A DNA stretch of 64,000 bases, taken from the NCBI GenBank assembly GCA_903813345.2, contig CAIIXF020000001.1, positions 23,560,001 to 23,624,000 of the forward strand, in the 5' to 3' direction. The notes beneath the pieces are model-generated. The model was not told the origin of the DNA. It searched no databases and was given only the letters and a program-made list of their open reading frames with translations. Source of the stretch: Owenia fusiformis. Lineage: Eukaryota. Position numbers and translations under genes: made by a program. Positions 1 through 12,400 of the stretch are shown here, one piece after another (the first letter of the stretch is position 1; each line of letters begins with the position of its first letter).

Positions 1-450
1 TTGCAGCATTTTCTAAACACAAGACAAAGTTTATTTCACTACAAGTTTATCACAACTCACTCCTTCCATAAAGTACAGTGAAGTAGAATGAACACTAACC
101 AAGTGAAACTTTTTGACTGTATCAAAGGATTTCAACATACACATGTTTCATTTTAACACATGAATGTTTATGGAGCAGTCTCTCACAAGTAACATTGATC
201 TTGAATTCAATTGTTACTATATTTGACGTTGTATCTAGCTAAATCATGAAATACAATCCAACGATTGTAATACAGTAAATAAATGAGTGAAAGAGCTGCA
301 ATATGATTGACTATGAAATAAGAGTTTAGTATTAGCCAATTGAAAATTGATAACAAAAAGGCTTAGAAAATCTAAGGAGGAGATTCTTTCAAAATCTTTA
401 GCTAATCTCAGGTAGCCATTTAACAGAATCTGTATAATAATGCTGCATAC

Positions 451-3400
451 CTGAATGTATGTTGTGTAGGCGTATACTACCATCTGCACAGCCAGCCTGT
501 AAAAATAACATTGATGGAATAACAAAACAATTATAGGTCACTGAAACTTTAAACTCCTTTAAGGGGATCATTAGTCACTGTATCTCTTTCACCATTCTTG
601 AGTTCGTGATCTGTACATGAGTGTCAATAAAAGTTGTTCATAAAATACTTCAATTTTCATTTCCAAAATCAGTTCTTCGCAGAATCTGTAATTTATAAGC
701 AATAATAAGTAGGAGTGCATTTATTTAGAAATTGATTCACCTATCCAATACTCTTTCTCAACTAACTCAGGTTAAAATGTATGGGACATTTTTTGTATCA
801 ACCAGTCTGTACAGTTCAAACTTCATTTGGGTATGTATATTTTGTTTGACAAACAGCAAAGTATGACTTACCAGAAAGATTGGGAAGGAGAATGGATTGA
901 AGTCCAGACAGAACACTTCAACAGGAGCTTCTATTTCTGGTTTATAACCTTTAGGGGGTGCCTTGCCTCCATATCTCACTCCATGCACCACATAGCCCTA
1001 CAATAGAACAATATGTACAGGGTGACCCAAAAAGAAGGCTGCAATCATTTCGGGTCACTCTGTATATGACAAACAAGAGCAAATATGAATCATAAATGAA
1101 GGAATGGGTTATGTCTTACAACAAGTCTCATTATACATCAAACCCCTTCCTAATTCTTATCACACGTACACGTGAATTTAAAGTAATGAAAACATTAAAG
1201 GATACTTTTCAATGTTTGTGTATATTTTTCTTTCATGACCCGGATAACATCATATCCTTTGATATGAATTATTGTATAATTTATTGTAATATGTTTCATA
1301 AAGAATTAAATATTTTTATAAAGCTTTACTTTGTATATGTATTGTATATACAGTACTTACAGAATCTGTGCCAACATAGAAGTGACTTGGATCAGAGGGC
1401 AAGAGTTGCATTTCATATGCCCTCAGTGATGCTTTAAATGTCCTGCAAAATCATTCAGCATTCATTACTCATAAATACATAACCAATGAAAAAATTGTAC
1501 AAGTATGAGAGATAATTTGAGTCAGTTATTGCTGAGAAGATACGTGTCAAAAAGTGTGAAGTTTTTTGTATGTTTCAGCCACTTACTTGTCAAAATGTGT
1601 GAAGTTTTTTGTATGTTTCAGCCACTTACTTTACAGGGTTTTCTAAATGTACAGCTGAGCTCTTGAGCAGTTTGATTCTTCCTCCAGGTGCCAGCCCCAG
1701 GTCAGACTCAGACCCTGCCTCATCAGCAGTTACAATCTCAGCAACAACCTGAAATATACAAGCAAGCATTAATGAAAGTTCAGTAATATCTGAAGATCTA
1801 ATCTGAACACTCAGGGTGCATTTTCGTATGCCAGCGGACACAATCCACCCACACAGCACTTAATGAGCCTTGTCAGCAGGCATCACGAAAAAGAACAAAA
1901 AGCTCCGCGATGCAAATTACATGCTCACATGTTTTCAACAATAACAGCTCAATGTGAATATTTTTCTTTTTTCTAATTGGCCAGAGTCTTTCTTGTTGAT
2001 AAAACGTTAAAATGGGAACACCCTCCAATCCTAACACTTTAAGCTAGTCTCTAATAGCTCTCAGATTCGCCATGATTTACTGTACAATGATTGACAACTT
2101 AAATACTGAAAGAAGAATTCGAATGATAGTTTTACATACTAGATTGACCAGAATGCTTCCATCAGGTAAGTTGTAATTTTATAATATCTATGGTCTCAAA
2201 GGTCTTATTTTAACAAGAAGTATTAAGCAGGGATGCAATTGTAAGTATTAAATTGATAATGGTGATACATACGTTTGGATCAAGATAACTGCACCAAAGG
2301 TAAAATAACTAAGTAAAGGATCAGTTTTAATGTGCCAATAGCCACCTTGACCATGTAATGACATAAGACTCTATGGTGAGGCAATTATTGTATATTTAGC
2401 CCCTGAGTTTAGAGACTACGTCAACTCACCCATAGATTCAGGACCGCCTGCTCCTCCATACTGGCTAGTTGAAAGGAAAGACCTGACCCCAGTCCATCAC
2501 TGTCACTTGCATGACTGCCTTTTGAGCTGGAATAGCAATCATATAAGTACTTCTAATTATAGCCTACCAAGTGATGCATGAACTAAGTTGGAAGTATATA
2601 GGATCCATTGACAGAGGTAAATCAAATCCACGCTCATCCACAACACCCACTCCTTTTAGTTTCTTCCATATTCAGATTGTACGTGAATTAATGGGTAAAA
2701 ATATAATACAGGAATTTTCAGTTACTGTGCTTACAAAAGAGCTATGTGATCAGTGGTAAATCCATTCAATGAAGGTAAGAACTGATTTACAACAATGATC
2801 ACTTTTGGAACTGTGATTCATTTTCAAATGAGAATTAATTAATCAGTTTATTTTCTCAAGTACAGGTATGTACAATATCATACCATACACAATTACATGT
2901 ACACTTCTTATAATATTTCACAAATCATTGTAAATACCATTATGTGGCACCTAATACTCCCTCTTAGGAGTCATAGCCACTACAACCTGTAAATATGTTA
3001 CATTGATTTTAATTTTAAAAAAATACCTCAATGACAGCACTGTGCCATGTGGCATATTTTACTCAGTTGAATTTGCAGAAGAATTCAAACTCTAAATGTA
3101 CTTACACCTTGTCCTGTGGTGAGATCACAGGCAATATAGATGTCACTGCACTGTTGTGGTTATCATACTGCAATATTCCAGCTGTAAAACAATTATTTAA
3201 AAATTAATACAAGGAATAAACATGCAAAATGTCACCAGTGTCAAATTATCTAAATATCAACTCACATTTTTCACTATTCTTTAATCCCCAAAACCTTAAC
3301 AAAAATATCCTTTATTCTGAACGAGAAGTTATCAGTTATCACAGAGAGAATCAATATTTGAAAAATTTATTGAGATTAGTTTGTACATATATATTTGTAT

Positions 3401-6400
3401 ATATGTATACCTGTACTATATGTTGGATATCTAACAAGCCACTCTTTGTCTGCCAGTGTGATGTGCTTATGTAGGGATGGGTTCTCCCTCAGGTCCCACA
3501 CAACAAGAGAACCATCACTCTAAAAGTGCATTAGAGGTAGAGGTGTAATACTCCACCACATAATGTTGAAATCAGTATTTTGCATGCAAACTGCATTTAT
3601 TTGTCAGTAGTCAAATGAGCTAAAAATAACACCAAGTAATATTCAATTCAAATAGATTGAATTGAAGAGCAATATATTACATACTGTTAGGACATATGAA
3701 ATTACAAGAACTTTAGTCGTGTCAAACTTACCATTCCAGCAAAAGCCAGATGGGCTTTGTTGGGACTAAAACAGCAGCAGGTTGGTTGTGACTCACAGGC
3801 CAGAATTCTGAAACGCAAAGGAAACAATATTTATTGAAAATACAGCTTTTGACAAAGGTCTAACCTGATATTATGCCACTATACAATCTTAATGCTAGTT
3901 CTTATAATATATGTATGTATCTTTCAGATTTAGTCAGTTTGGGTCATTGTATTAAGTTATCATTAGACAATCTTCACTGGTTCGAAAATCCTAGGGGGTT
4001 TACATTTGACAATTATGAGGGGGGAGGTCAAACCCTTTAATCCCCCTAGGTACTGCTAGGTGACATTTTAAAAATTTCGTCTCATATTCCTGGACAGCAG
4101 ATACATATGCAGCATCTTATCAATTCATAATTACAGAATCTTAAATGATAGCCTAGAGGGTAAAATACTTACTTTTGAGGTGCTGATGGTTCATGTATAT
4201 TCCACAAACACACCAGGCCTTTGTTTGATAAAATATCTCCAGGGGAAACCTGAAAGTATGAAATAATGCAGACACATGATCAAACAATATCTATCAACGT
4301 ATTTCAACCAAATTCTCAATATCTTATATCAAAGGATTATATCAAAATCATTTTCATGGAGCAAGAGAAAAATATCACATTGTTCAAAATCAGACAATAT
4401 TTCTGTTGAATCTCTCCTGACAGGTTTAAATGTCATGCCTCTCATTAAAACATAGATAGGATCTAAAATGATAAAGTATGCCAATGCTAGATGTGTAGTA
4501 CTTGCCTGTTTTGGTCGACTATATACAGCAAGGAATAGATTGCTCTGCATAGTTGCAAATTGACTATGTATTACTTGTCTACCTAAAAATTAATAAAACA
4601 AGACTTGACAATACAATGTATACAAATCATATCAAAACGAGATGAAACTATCAAACACATACAAAAAGTGTACTTTTGTTTGATAGATGATCCCCAGGAA
4701 TCCTTTGAAAAATAACCTCCAGGGACAATCAACATCAACACATAATATATGAAAATTCACCAAATTAGTGGATTTATGATTGAAAGTAAATAAATCATTA
4801 TCTACAGTATGTGTGTGCCATTTCATATAGTTATACATTACCTTGTAAAAATGGAGTATTGCCAAGTATGGTGTAGCTGTCACTAAATGGAATGTTGGAT
4901 CTACTTTCTGATGCCTGGAGTTGATGGTCCAATGCAGATTGCTCCTCCAATAGCACACTTATCGCCTAAGAATTCAAAAAACATTGAGGAAAATGCTTAA
5001 ATATTTTTAAGGACATTTTGATCTACAAATATTCTCTTGGGAATGGAATCTATGAATAACATTTAGCCAATCAACAGTTGCATGGCTACGCTGTTTAGCT
5101 CGGTGGTAGAGAACTCAACGGAAAAACGAAAGGCTATGGGTTCAATCCCCACTAGGGTACCGGACTGGGATGGACTTTTTCACACCAGCCCTTAGCACAG
5201 GATTTCATTCTGGTTTTTCATTAACTTACATTTCTCAAGAATATATGCTAAAACTAATCCACTCATTTACAATTTGATTGGAAAGACAATCAGACAAATA
5301 AAGATTTGATGACTTCCACATATTACTCAAAAGACTGTTGACCTTACCTGACCTGCTTTAGCCAGGAATTTACCAAGACTCTGAACATCTACTGGTTTTT
5401 CTTTCTCTTCCTCATTATCTGCTCCCACTTCCCCTTCTGCCCCTACAAGAAAGACAATACACTTTCAATAATACATGTTTAAGTTACCCATCAAATTTGA
5501 ATACTTTGTTCATACATGTATTTGATTACATCAGAATATGAGAATTATTCTAATGATGAGTAATAAGCATGACAAGTAACGACAGGGCATTAACATGCAA
5601 AATGCCACTACCTGCCATTTGTTACAGACACCAAATGGCAACTGCTAGAATCTACATAAAAGTTGGAGACCATAAGAATTAAGGGTCTAACGGTGCACCA
5701 AAACTGCGGTGCTCCGCGGTTCTTGGGCCTCGGTCGGTACGTTCGGTTCGAAAACACCAATGTTCGGTTTTTTAACGGTTCGTTAATTCAGTAAAAAGTG
5801 CCGTTCGCTAAAGTAGAGGAAGATGAATCTCGAAACGAGAGGTGAAGATTTCGGCATTCTAAACGCTCCAAAGTCGTACAAGGCCCACTGTTGGGGTTTA
5901 TTTTGGATTTCCAACGAGATGGTGTTCCTCTCCCGGAAAGAACGATATGCCGGCTTTGCAAAATTGTTATGGTATATGAGAAAGGTACGTGTGAAAAAAC
6001 GGTCAGTTTGAGTTATTTGATTTTTTACATTAAAGTGCGATAAGAACCGAAAACCGAACTGAAACCGAACCGAAACCGAACCGAGGACATAAAAAACGTG
6101 AACCGAACCGAGGAATTATGAAACCGTGGGAGCCCTAATAAGAATATGTTACCACAAGTGATGGTGGCATAATAACCCATGAAAAGATACATCATAACCA
6201 CACTTGTAACATGTAGTATGAAAAAGTCAAAATATGATTCCAATATCTTAATTTTTAATGAAAATAATATATTTATCTAGATCCACACATAAATTGACAT
6301 TTTATTCAACATACCCCCAGAAGATTTTGTTCCCTCCCCAGGATGTTGACTCCACTTGTCTCTGGTGTCAATCTCCTCTGTTTGAATCTCACGATCAACA

Positions 6401-9400
6401 TCATCATCCCCTGTCTGGATGTAAGCCTGCAAACACAAAATAAACTGAGTGAGATTTGAATTTTCTTCCAAGTGATGTTTCTATCTCAAGTATTTTGGCT
6501 AAATATTATATAAATACCGAGACCAGCGGGGTGTTATTCGAAACTAGAAACCCTGCTATTTGGTCTATATTTCTTAAGTAACATAATCTGCTACCCTAAT
6601 TAATATGAAAATCCTCCCATGTAGACATTATTTTTATAAATATAATTTGTTTCACAATATCAAAGTTAACAATAAGTCTTTTCTTTTCCTATTTTTTGTT
6701 ACCATGTACCATTTTTCAAAGATGTGAGTACCGTTGCCATGGTAACTGAATTATACCAAAACCTGGTCAGACCAACAGGCAGATGGAAACGCCATTTCAA
6801 ATCTGTGGTGATCAAGATATGTCACTTATTGGGTGGTGACATGATAAATAATAAAGAAAAGTAGTATAGAAAACATCACAGATGCGTAGCTGGGTGGGGA
6901 TTATCGGAAACCCCCCATGCTGGAATCTTCAAAATCATTAATTTATCCTTTTTAATTTTCTCATTATTTTTGTTAGACATATATTTTTGTAGTAAATGAA
7001 AAATTATGCTTTTTGGCCATTTATTGGCTTTTTGTGTATTCAAGCCCCCTTTAGAAAAATAGGGATCCTGACCCCCCCCTGTTCAAAAGTAATTTCATCT
7101 ACAGACAGAAATAAAAATATTGGTGTTCACCAGACATAGGTGTTCACTAGACAAAGGTATTCACTAGACACAGGTGTTCACATTAGAAAGGTGCTCACTA
7201 GATACAGGTTTTATTGCACTGCAGTCAGTGGATTATGTGCTAAGAATTAATGTTCACCAAACTCGCGTGTTCACTAGACACTGGTGTTTACATTAATAAA
7301 AAGAAGCTCATTAGATACAGGTTTTACTGCACTGCAGTCAGTGGATTATGTGCTGAGTATTGGTGTTTACTAGAAAAAGGTGTTCTTGAGACACAGGTGT
7401 TCATAAGAGAAAAGAGTTCACTAGATACAGGTTTTGCTGCACTGCAATAAGTTGATAATGTACTAAGAATTGGTGTTCACTAGTCACAGGTGTTCACTTG
7501 ATACAGATATTCACTAGAGAGAGTAGTCCATGATATATGAGAATACCATGACAGTGCCTGTGTTCTATATTAGTGAGTAGCCAAAATTAGTTCTAAGACT
7601 TATATAATATAGATAGATGATGCTGACTGTGAACAAAATTAGCTATAGCGAGTTAGTTAACAACAGTCTTAGCTGTGCTTGTATGAAAACCACCGGCTAT
7701 ATTTAGAGAAGTTTTTGCACAATTCTAGCTATAAGATCATCAACTATGACCTTAGGAAGAAACAAAAATCCTTTTATTAATTATACATTGCTCTCTTTAT
7801 ATATTTCGAAAGCATTTGAAGCAGAACTATGGGACAATCTAAAAATGCGAAACTGACTTTCTTTGGAGCTAGCTCTACTCGAACCGGAAGTAAAATCTGC
7901 GCAAACAGAGGTGAAAATAAACCCGGTACTGGCTGCATTTAACTTGTTAACAAAACGCTTTTTCTTAAAGTTAAATATTAACATCTTCCTTATAAGTATT
8001 TTGAACAACACTATTATTTATCACTGATTATATACTTCTTAGTATTCTACTGCACTATATCAGATACCAACATTGTAAACATTTGTAAGACCTCAACGAA
8101 CAAATGGCTGAAATTGAACTTCCAGAAACAAAGGAATATCACCTATTCTTTGGATATGCTACTTCAGATGGAGAAAGAATGAAAAATATTGTGAAGAAGC
8201 TGGAGAAATCTCCATACAACATTAAATGCGCTTACGGTCAGAGGGACTTTATGCCTGGGTGTGACAATATAAATGAAATAGACCGATGCATTTTAAAAAG
8301 TATGAAGACAGTGCTTCTAATCACACCTGCTTTCCTGGAGAGTTGTTGGTGTAACACAGAACTGAGTAAAGCTCATGATCTAAGAATTAGAGGTCTTGCG
8401 AATATGGTGCCTGTCAAATTGGAGAACTGTGAAATACCAGTGTCTATAAATTACATGTCATATTTGGATGCGGTACACATGAACGATGAGGAGCTTGTTA
8501 AGAAGATATGGCAATCACTGAAACAGAACCCAGATGATTTGTCAGGATATTTACGTGAAGCAGTTGCGATAAATGGTTCTCACTTTTCTATTCATGGCAA
8601 ATATAATATGGGGATAACATACAGTTTGAAAGGAATTATCCATAGGAGGTGGGATGCAATTCAGTTTCAACGTGAAGATGAACTCAAAGAAGGTCTTGAA
8701 CAAAGGAAAATAGAAATGTCAGGGGATACACTTCGTGAAATCATGGACAATATTCAGCAATACTATGGCAAACTCAATACGATGTTAGCTACCATTCTAG
8801 TGTTCATATTGATTATTCTAGGATTCTATTCAAATGCACTATTATTTATGCTCATGTTTCTTGGTTACCTATATAAGGCCTACATGTACCATCAACGTAT
8901 TTGTTGCAGGATGTTGTCAAAGCACTCAATATCACTGGGACACAAGCATAAAGTACTTTTAAACATAAACTTTACAGTGGACTCAATAGTACTTAACATC
9001 ATGAAGTATGATCTAAAGCCCTGCCTTGAACATTGGCAACAAAGGATTACACAAAGGGGAAACTTATTGGCAACAAACAAGAATGTCCTCAAAATGATAG
9101 TGTTAAGTATAAATGCTAAACTCTATGGTAAAAAGCATCAAGATGAACCACTGCTTGCATATTTGAATGAAGAATGTTTAGACACGACACAAGTCCACCT
9201 TCATGGGTATATGAATGATCTTATTAATAACCAGCTTGAGAATGCAATCACAAACAGGCACCCTGTCATTCATGGCAAGCAGTGCTTCTGCCAGTATATA
9301 GAGAAGAAGATTCTTCAAAAGAGACATTAAAGTTCAGTTGATAGCCTGACTAGCTTTTTCAAACCTTACCAAGTACATAATAAATCATCAAAATCAAGTG

Positions 9401-12400
9401 AACTTTGACTGATTAAAAGACGGTGGTCTTTGAAATATGGAGATAGTTAAGTGTTTCAAGTTGCTAAATAATGTAAACAAAAGCAATTAAGTGATTTTAG
9501 CTTTTAATATTCTGTAAATTATTAACTGTTCAGATTCTGCCTCAAATACTATTCTCAACAAAACATATACCGAATGGACCGAGACAATCTAGCTACAGTG
9601 GAGACGATAACCCCATTTAACGTGAAGTACGGCAATCGCCATGTTGCACGACAATTGACGTGAAATTATGAAGCATAAGTGCGCATGTCAATAGATAATA
9701 ACGGCAATTGCCGTCATGTCCGTCAAGTGACGTGCAATATTTTGCACGACAATTGACGTGCAAACTATTATCTTGTAAAAGTTTCACATATTATCGGCAG
9801 GACAACACGCAGGCCTGTCAACTGTCCCGCAATTTGCGTATTTGTCACGCATTTGCTGAAGAATTTGAAGTCACGCCAGTTTTTTTTGCGTGACAGAAAA
9901 TGTCACGCAAAATACGCATTTTACCTGGTAATTGTCAAGCAAAAATATTTCTGTAGAAATTTGTTCGAAATATGTTGACGATACGGTAAAAATACGAACG
10001 CCGGGAAAAACCGAACGCAATTTGTTCGGATTTGTCACGCGAATCCCGTATGTGTCACGCATGTTCATTGGAAATTTTTGGTGGTCCCAAGTTGACAGCC
10101 CTGCAACAGGGAGTAATAAACTGGGAAACTAGTGGGAAAATCATGATCTGCATCGTATGTAATAGTTAAAATTATAAACATTTGCTATTTTCCGGGTTGC
10201 GTTTTGAACTAACAACTATTATGATGTGCTTACGTCAATGTTTACAAGAAATATTTATTCAACAGCAAACCGGAAGTAAACAAATGACGTGAAGAAAACG
10301 AATAAATTCTGATTTAATGAGGATATGAATTTAAATTGTTTATAATTCATTTAAGGTAATCATTAGATCATTGTAAAGAAGGTTTAAAAACTAAATCAAG
10401 TCAGGAAAAAAACGAAAAAATCAACAACACGCTGCGGTCAGGAAAACACTTCCGGTCAAAACGAAGAGGGAAAGTAGACCCCATTTTAGTGATTTCCAGC
10501 GGTCTTTTCTCGGAATTGGGGCTCACGTTGTGTTCAGAGATTAAAAAACTATTGGGTCAGTACCAATTTCGTCGTATAACCTGTCGAAAAGACGATATCT
10601 AGACAATTGAATGAGTGTTAGTAATTCCAATATGGCGTTTTTCTGGGATTCGTGAGAGGTAACTTTGATTAGTTCTAGCGCAAAATTCCCACATAGGATC
10701 GCAAATTCCTACATACAAGTGCTAGATTAGATAAAATACTTGAAGAAAATGCAATGAAAAGCGTTCCATCGATCGATTTAGACTTTCCAAGAATGCAAGT
10801 TCGGTGGTGACTTCATTGGTTCGTAACATTTACAGAAAATTCACAAGATTGAACGGCATTTTCTCCACAATTTTGGAATGAAATTCTTCCCTGGGATTTA
10901 ATATATCATTAATGTTTACCAAAGTATACGTACTATAAAATAAATATTACTTAGATTGTATATATATTAAACACTGGGTCTTCTAATCAACCTGGTGTTT
11001 CAAATTATGAATTACAATGGACATTATGCTTATTGGCGTGATTTACGTCAATTGACGTGAAAAATGGCAATCTCCGTGTTACACGTTAAATGGGGTTATC
11101 GTCTCCACTGAGCTATAAGGGGACATATTTTCCATGTATTTATGTATGACAACAGAATGTTAGCCTAGATGTTACTTGGGGTGAATTAACAGACCTACTA
11201 TTAAAATTTACGATTGATATCATAAGTCTAATGTTCACTAATAATGACATTATGAAATCCATTATTAAAACGTTGTTTTTGTGAATTTTTAACTCTGTAT
11301 GCTTATGAAAGTGGGTTCAAGATTACTAATCTGATTGTCCTACCTTAATCAGTTAAATGAAACTAATATCCCACTCACCTGTGTGGTATTAGACCTGCCA
11401 AAACTTCTCATGTAAAGCTCATATTCCTTTACAGGGGGCATATCAAACATCTCAAAACCAGCTACATCTAGATCAATCATGGCACTTAATTCCTCGCTCC
11501 GCTTTTTGGTTTTATTTGCTACTTTTTGGCTAATTTGTCTCTGCTTGGCAGAAACAAAGTTGATAAATGTCCGACTGTGACCCGTTGTAGGTCTTGAGAT
11601 TTTTCGTTCATCAGAAACATCAGTCTGGAAAATGAAAATATGGAAAATATTCACCAATTAATTTTATTTTTTTATCTTTTCACTTACCAGTATTTTGAAA
11701 ATGAGGTGCAAAACTGTTATATTTTTACATTATTTCACCAGAATATATCCTATACTTGTTGTTTGGCACAAAACTGGGAATTATATGCAAAAGTGAACTT
11801 ACTGAATCAGACCAGTTACTTTTCCGAGATTCTGACATCAATCTGTCATTTTCTTCATTCATGGCTTTCATGATCTCGTCCATCTCTGAATTTGACTAAA
11901 AGTAATAAAAATGAAATAATTACATCTCCTACAAGAAAATGAATATACTTCCTAACAACTTATTTATCATTTTTTGAATCTAGTTCATTATGTAATATGA
12001 AGATCAGCCAGGTATTTACTGAATATCATTGGACTCAAACTGAAAATTTCCTATTCAGAATCGCCAGAATCACTCTTGGTGATGTATATCGCGATGTATC
12101 TATTAATCGCAACACTAGAAGATACAGATAAATATAGTAAAGTTAAAATGCACATAATGTTCAAAGAAGGTGAATTTTAGGGGCATAAGCAGGATCTAAA
12201 ATTTGACGAGGCAAAAATTAGTAGGTGAGGCAAATTTGGACTGAATGAGGTTATTAACTTTATCTGGATTTAATTTCTTCCGTTTTAGTTGTAAAAAAAT
12301 CTGAAATTTTTTTTTCTGAAAAATGTTGGGTGAGGCTACGCCCGCACATACATGTTTGTTGTTATTGGTTTTCATGATAATGTTTAGAACCACAGTTCTT

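Noticed and set aside
2527-3105. Extra WDR60 microexons between exons 3106-3181 and 2430-2526
   Set aside because: The direct junction is already phase-consistent (GT+C), and most candidates contain stops or have weak acceptors
5087-5160. Functional tRNA gene
   Set aside because: A and B boxes are present, but the acceptor and anticodon stems do not form a cloverleaf
8104-9330. TIR-STING or Toll-like receptor identity
   Set aside because: No recognisable STING cyclic-dinucleotide-binding motifs and no LRR ectodomain; the TIR is N-terminal and the C-terminal motifs fit TMEM268 better
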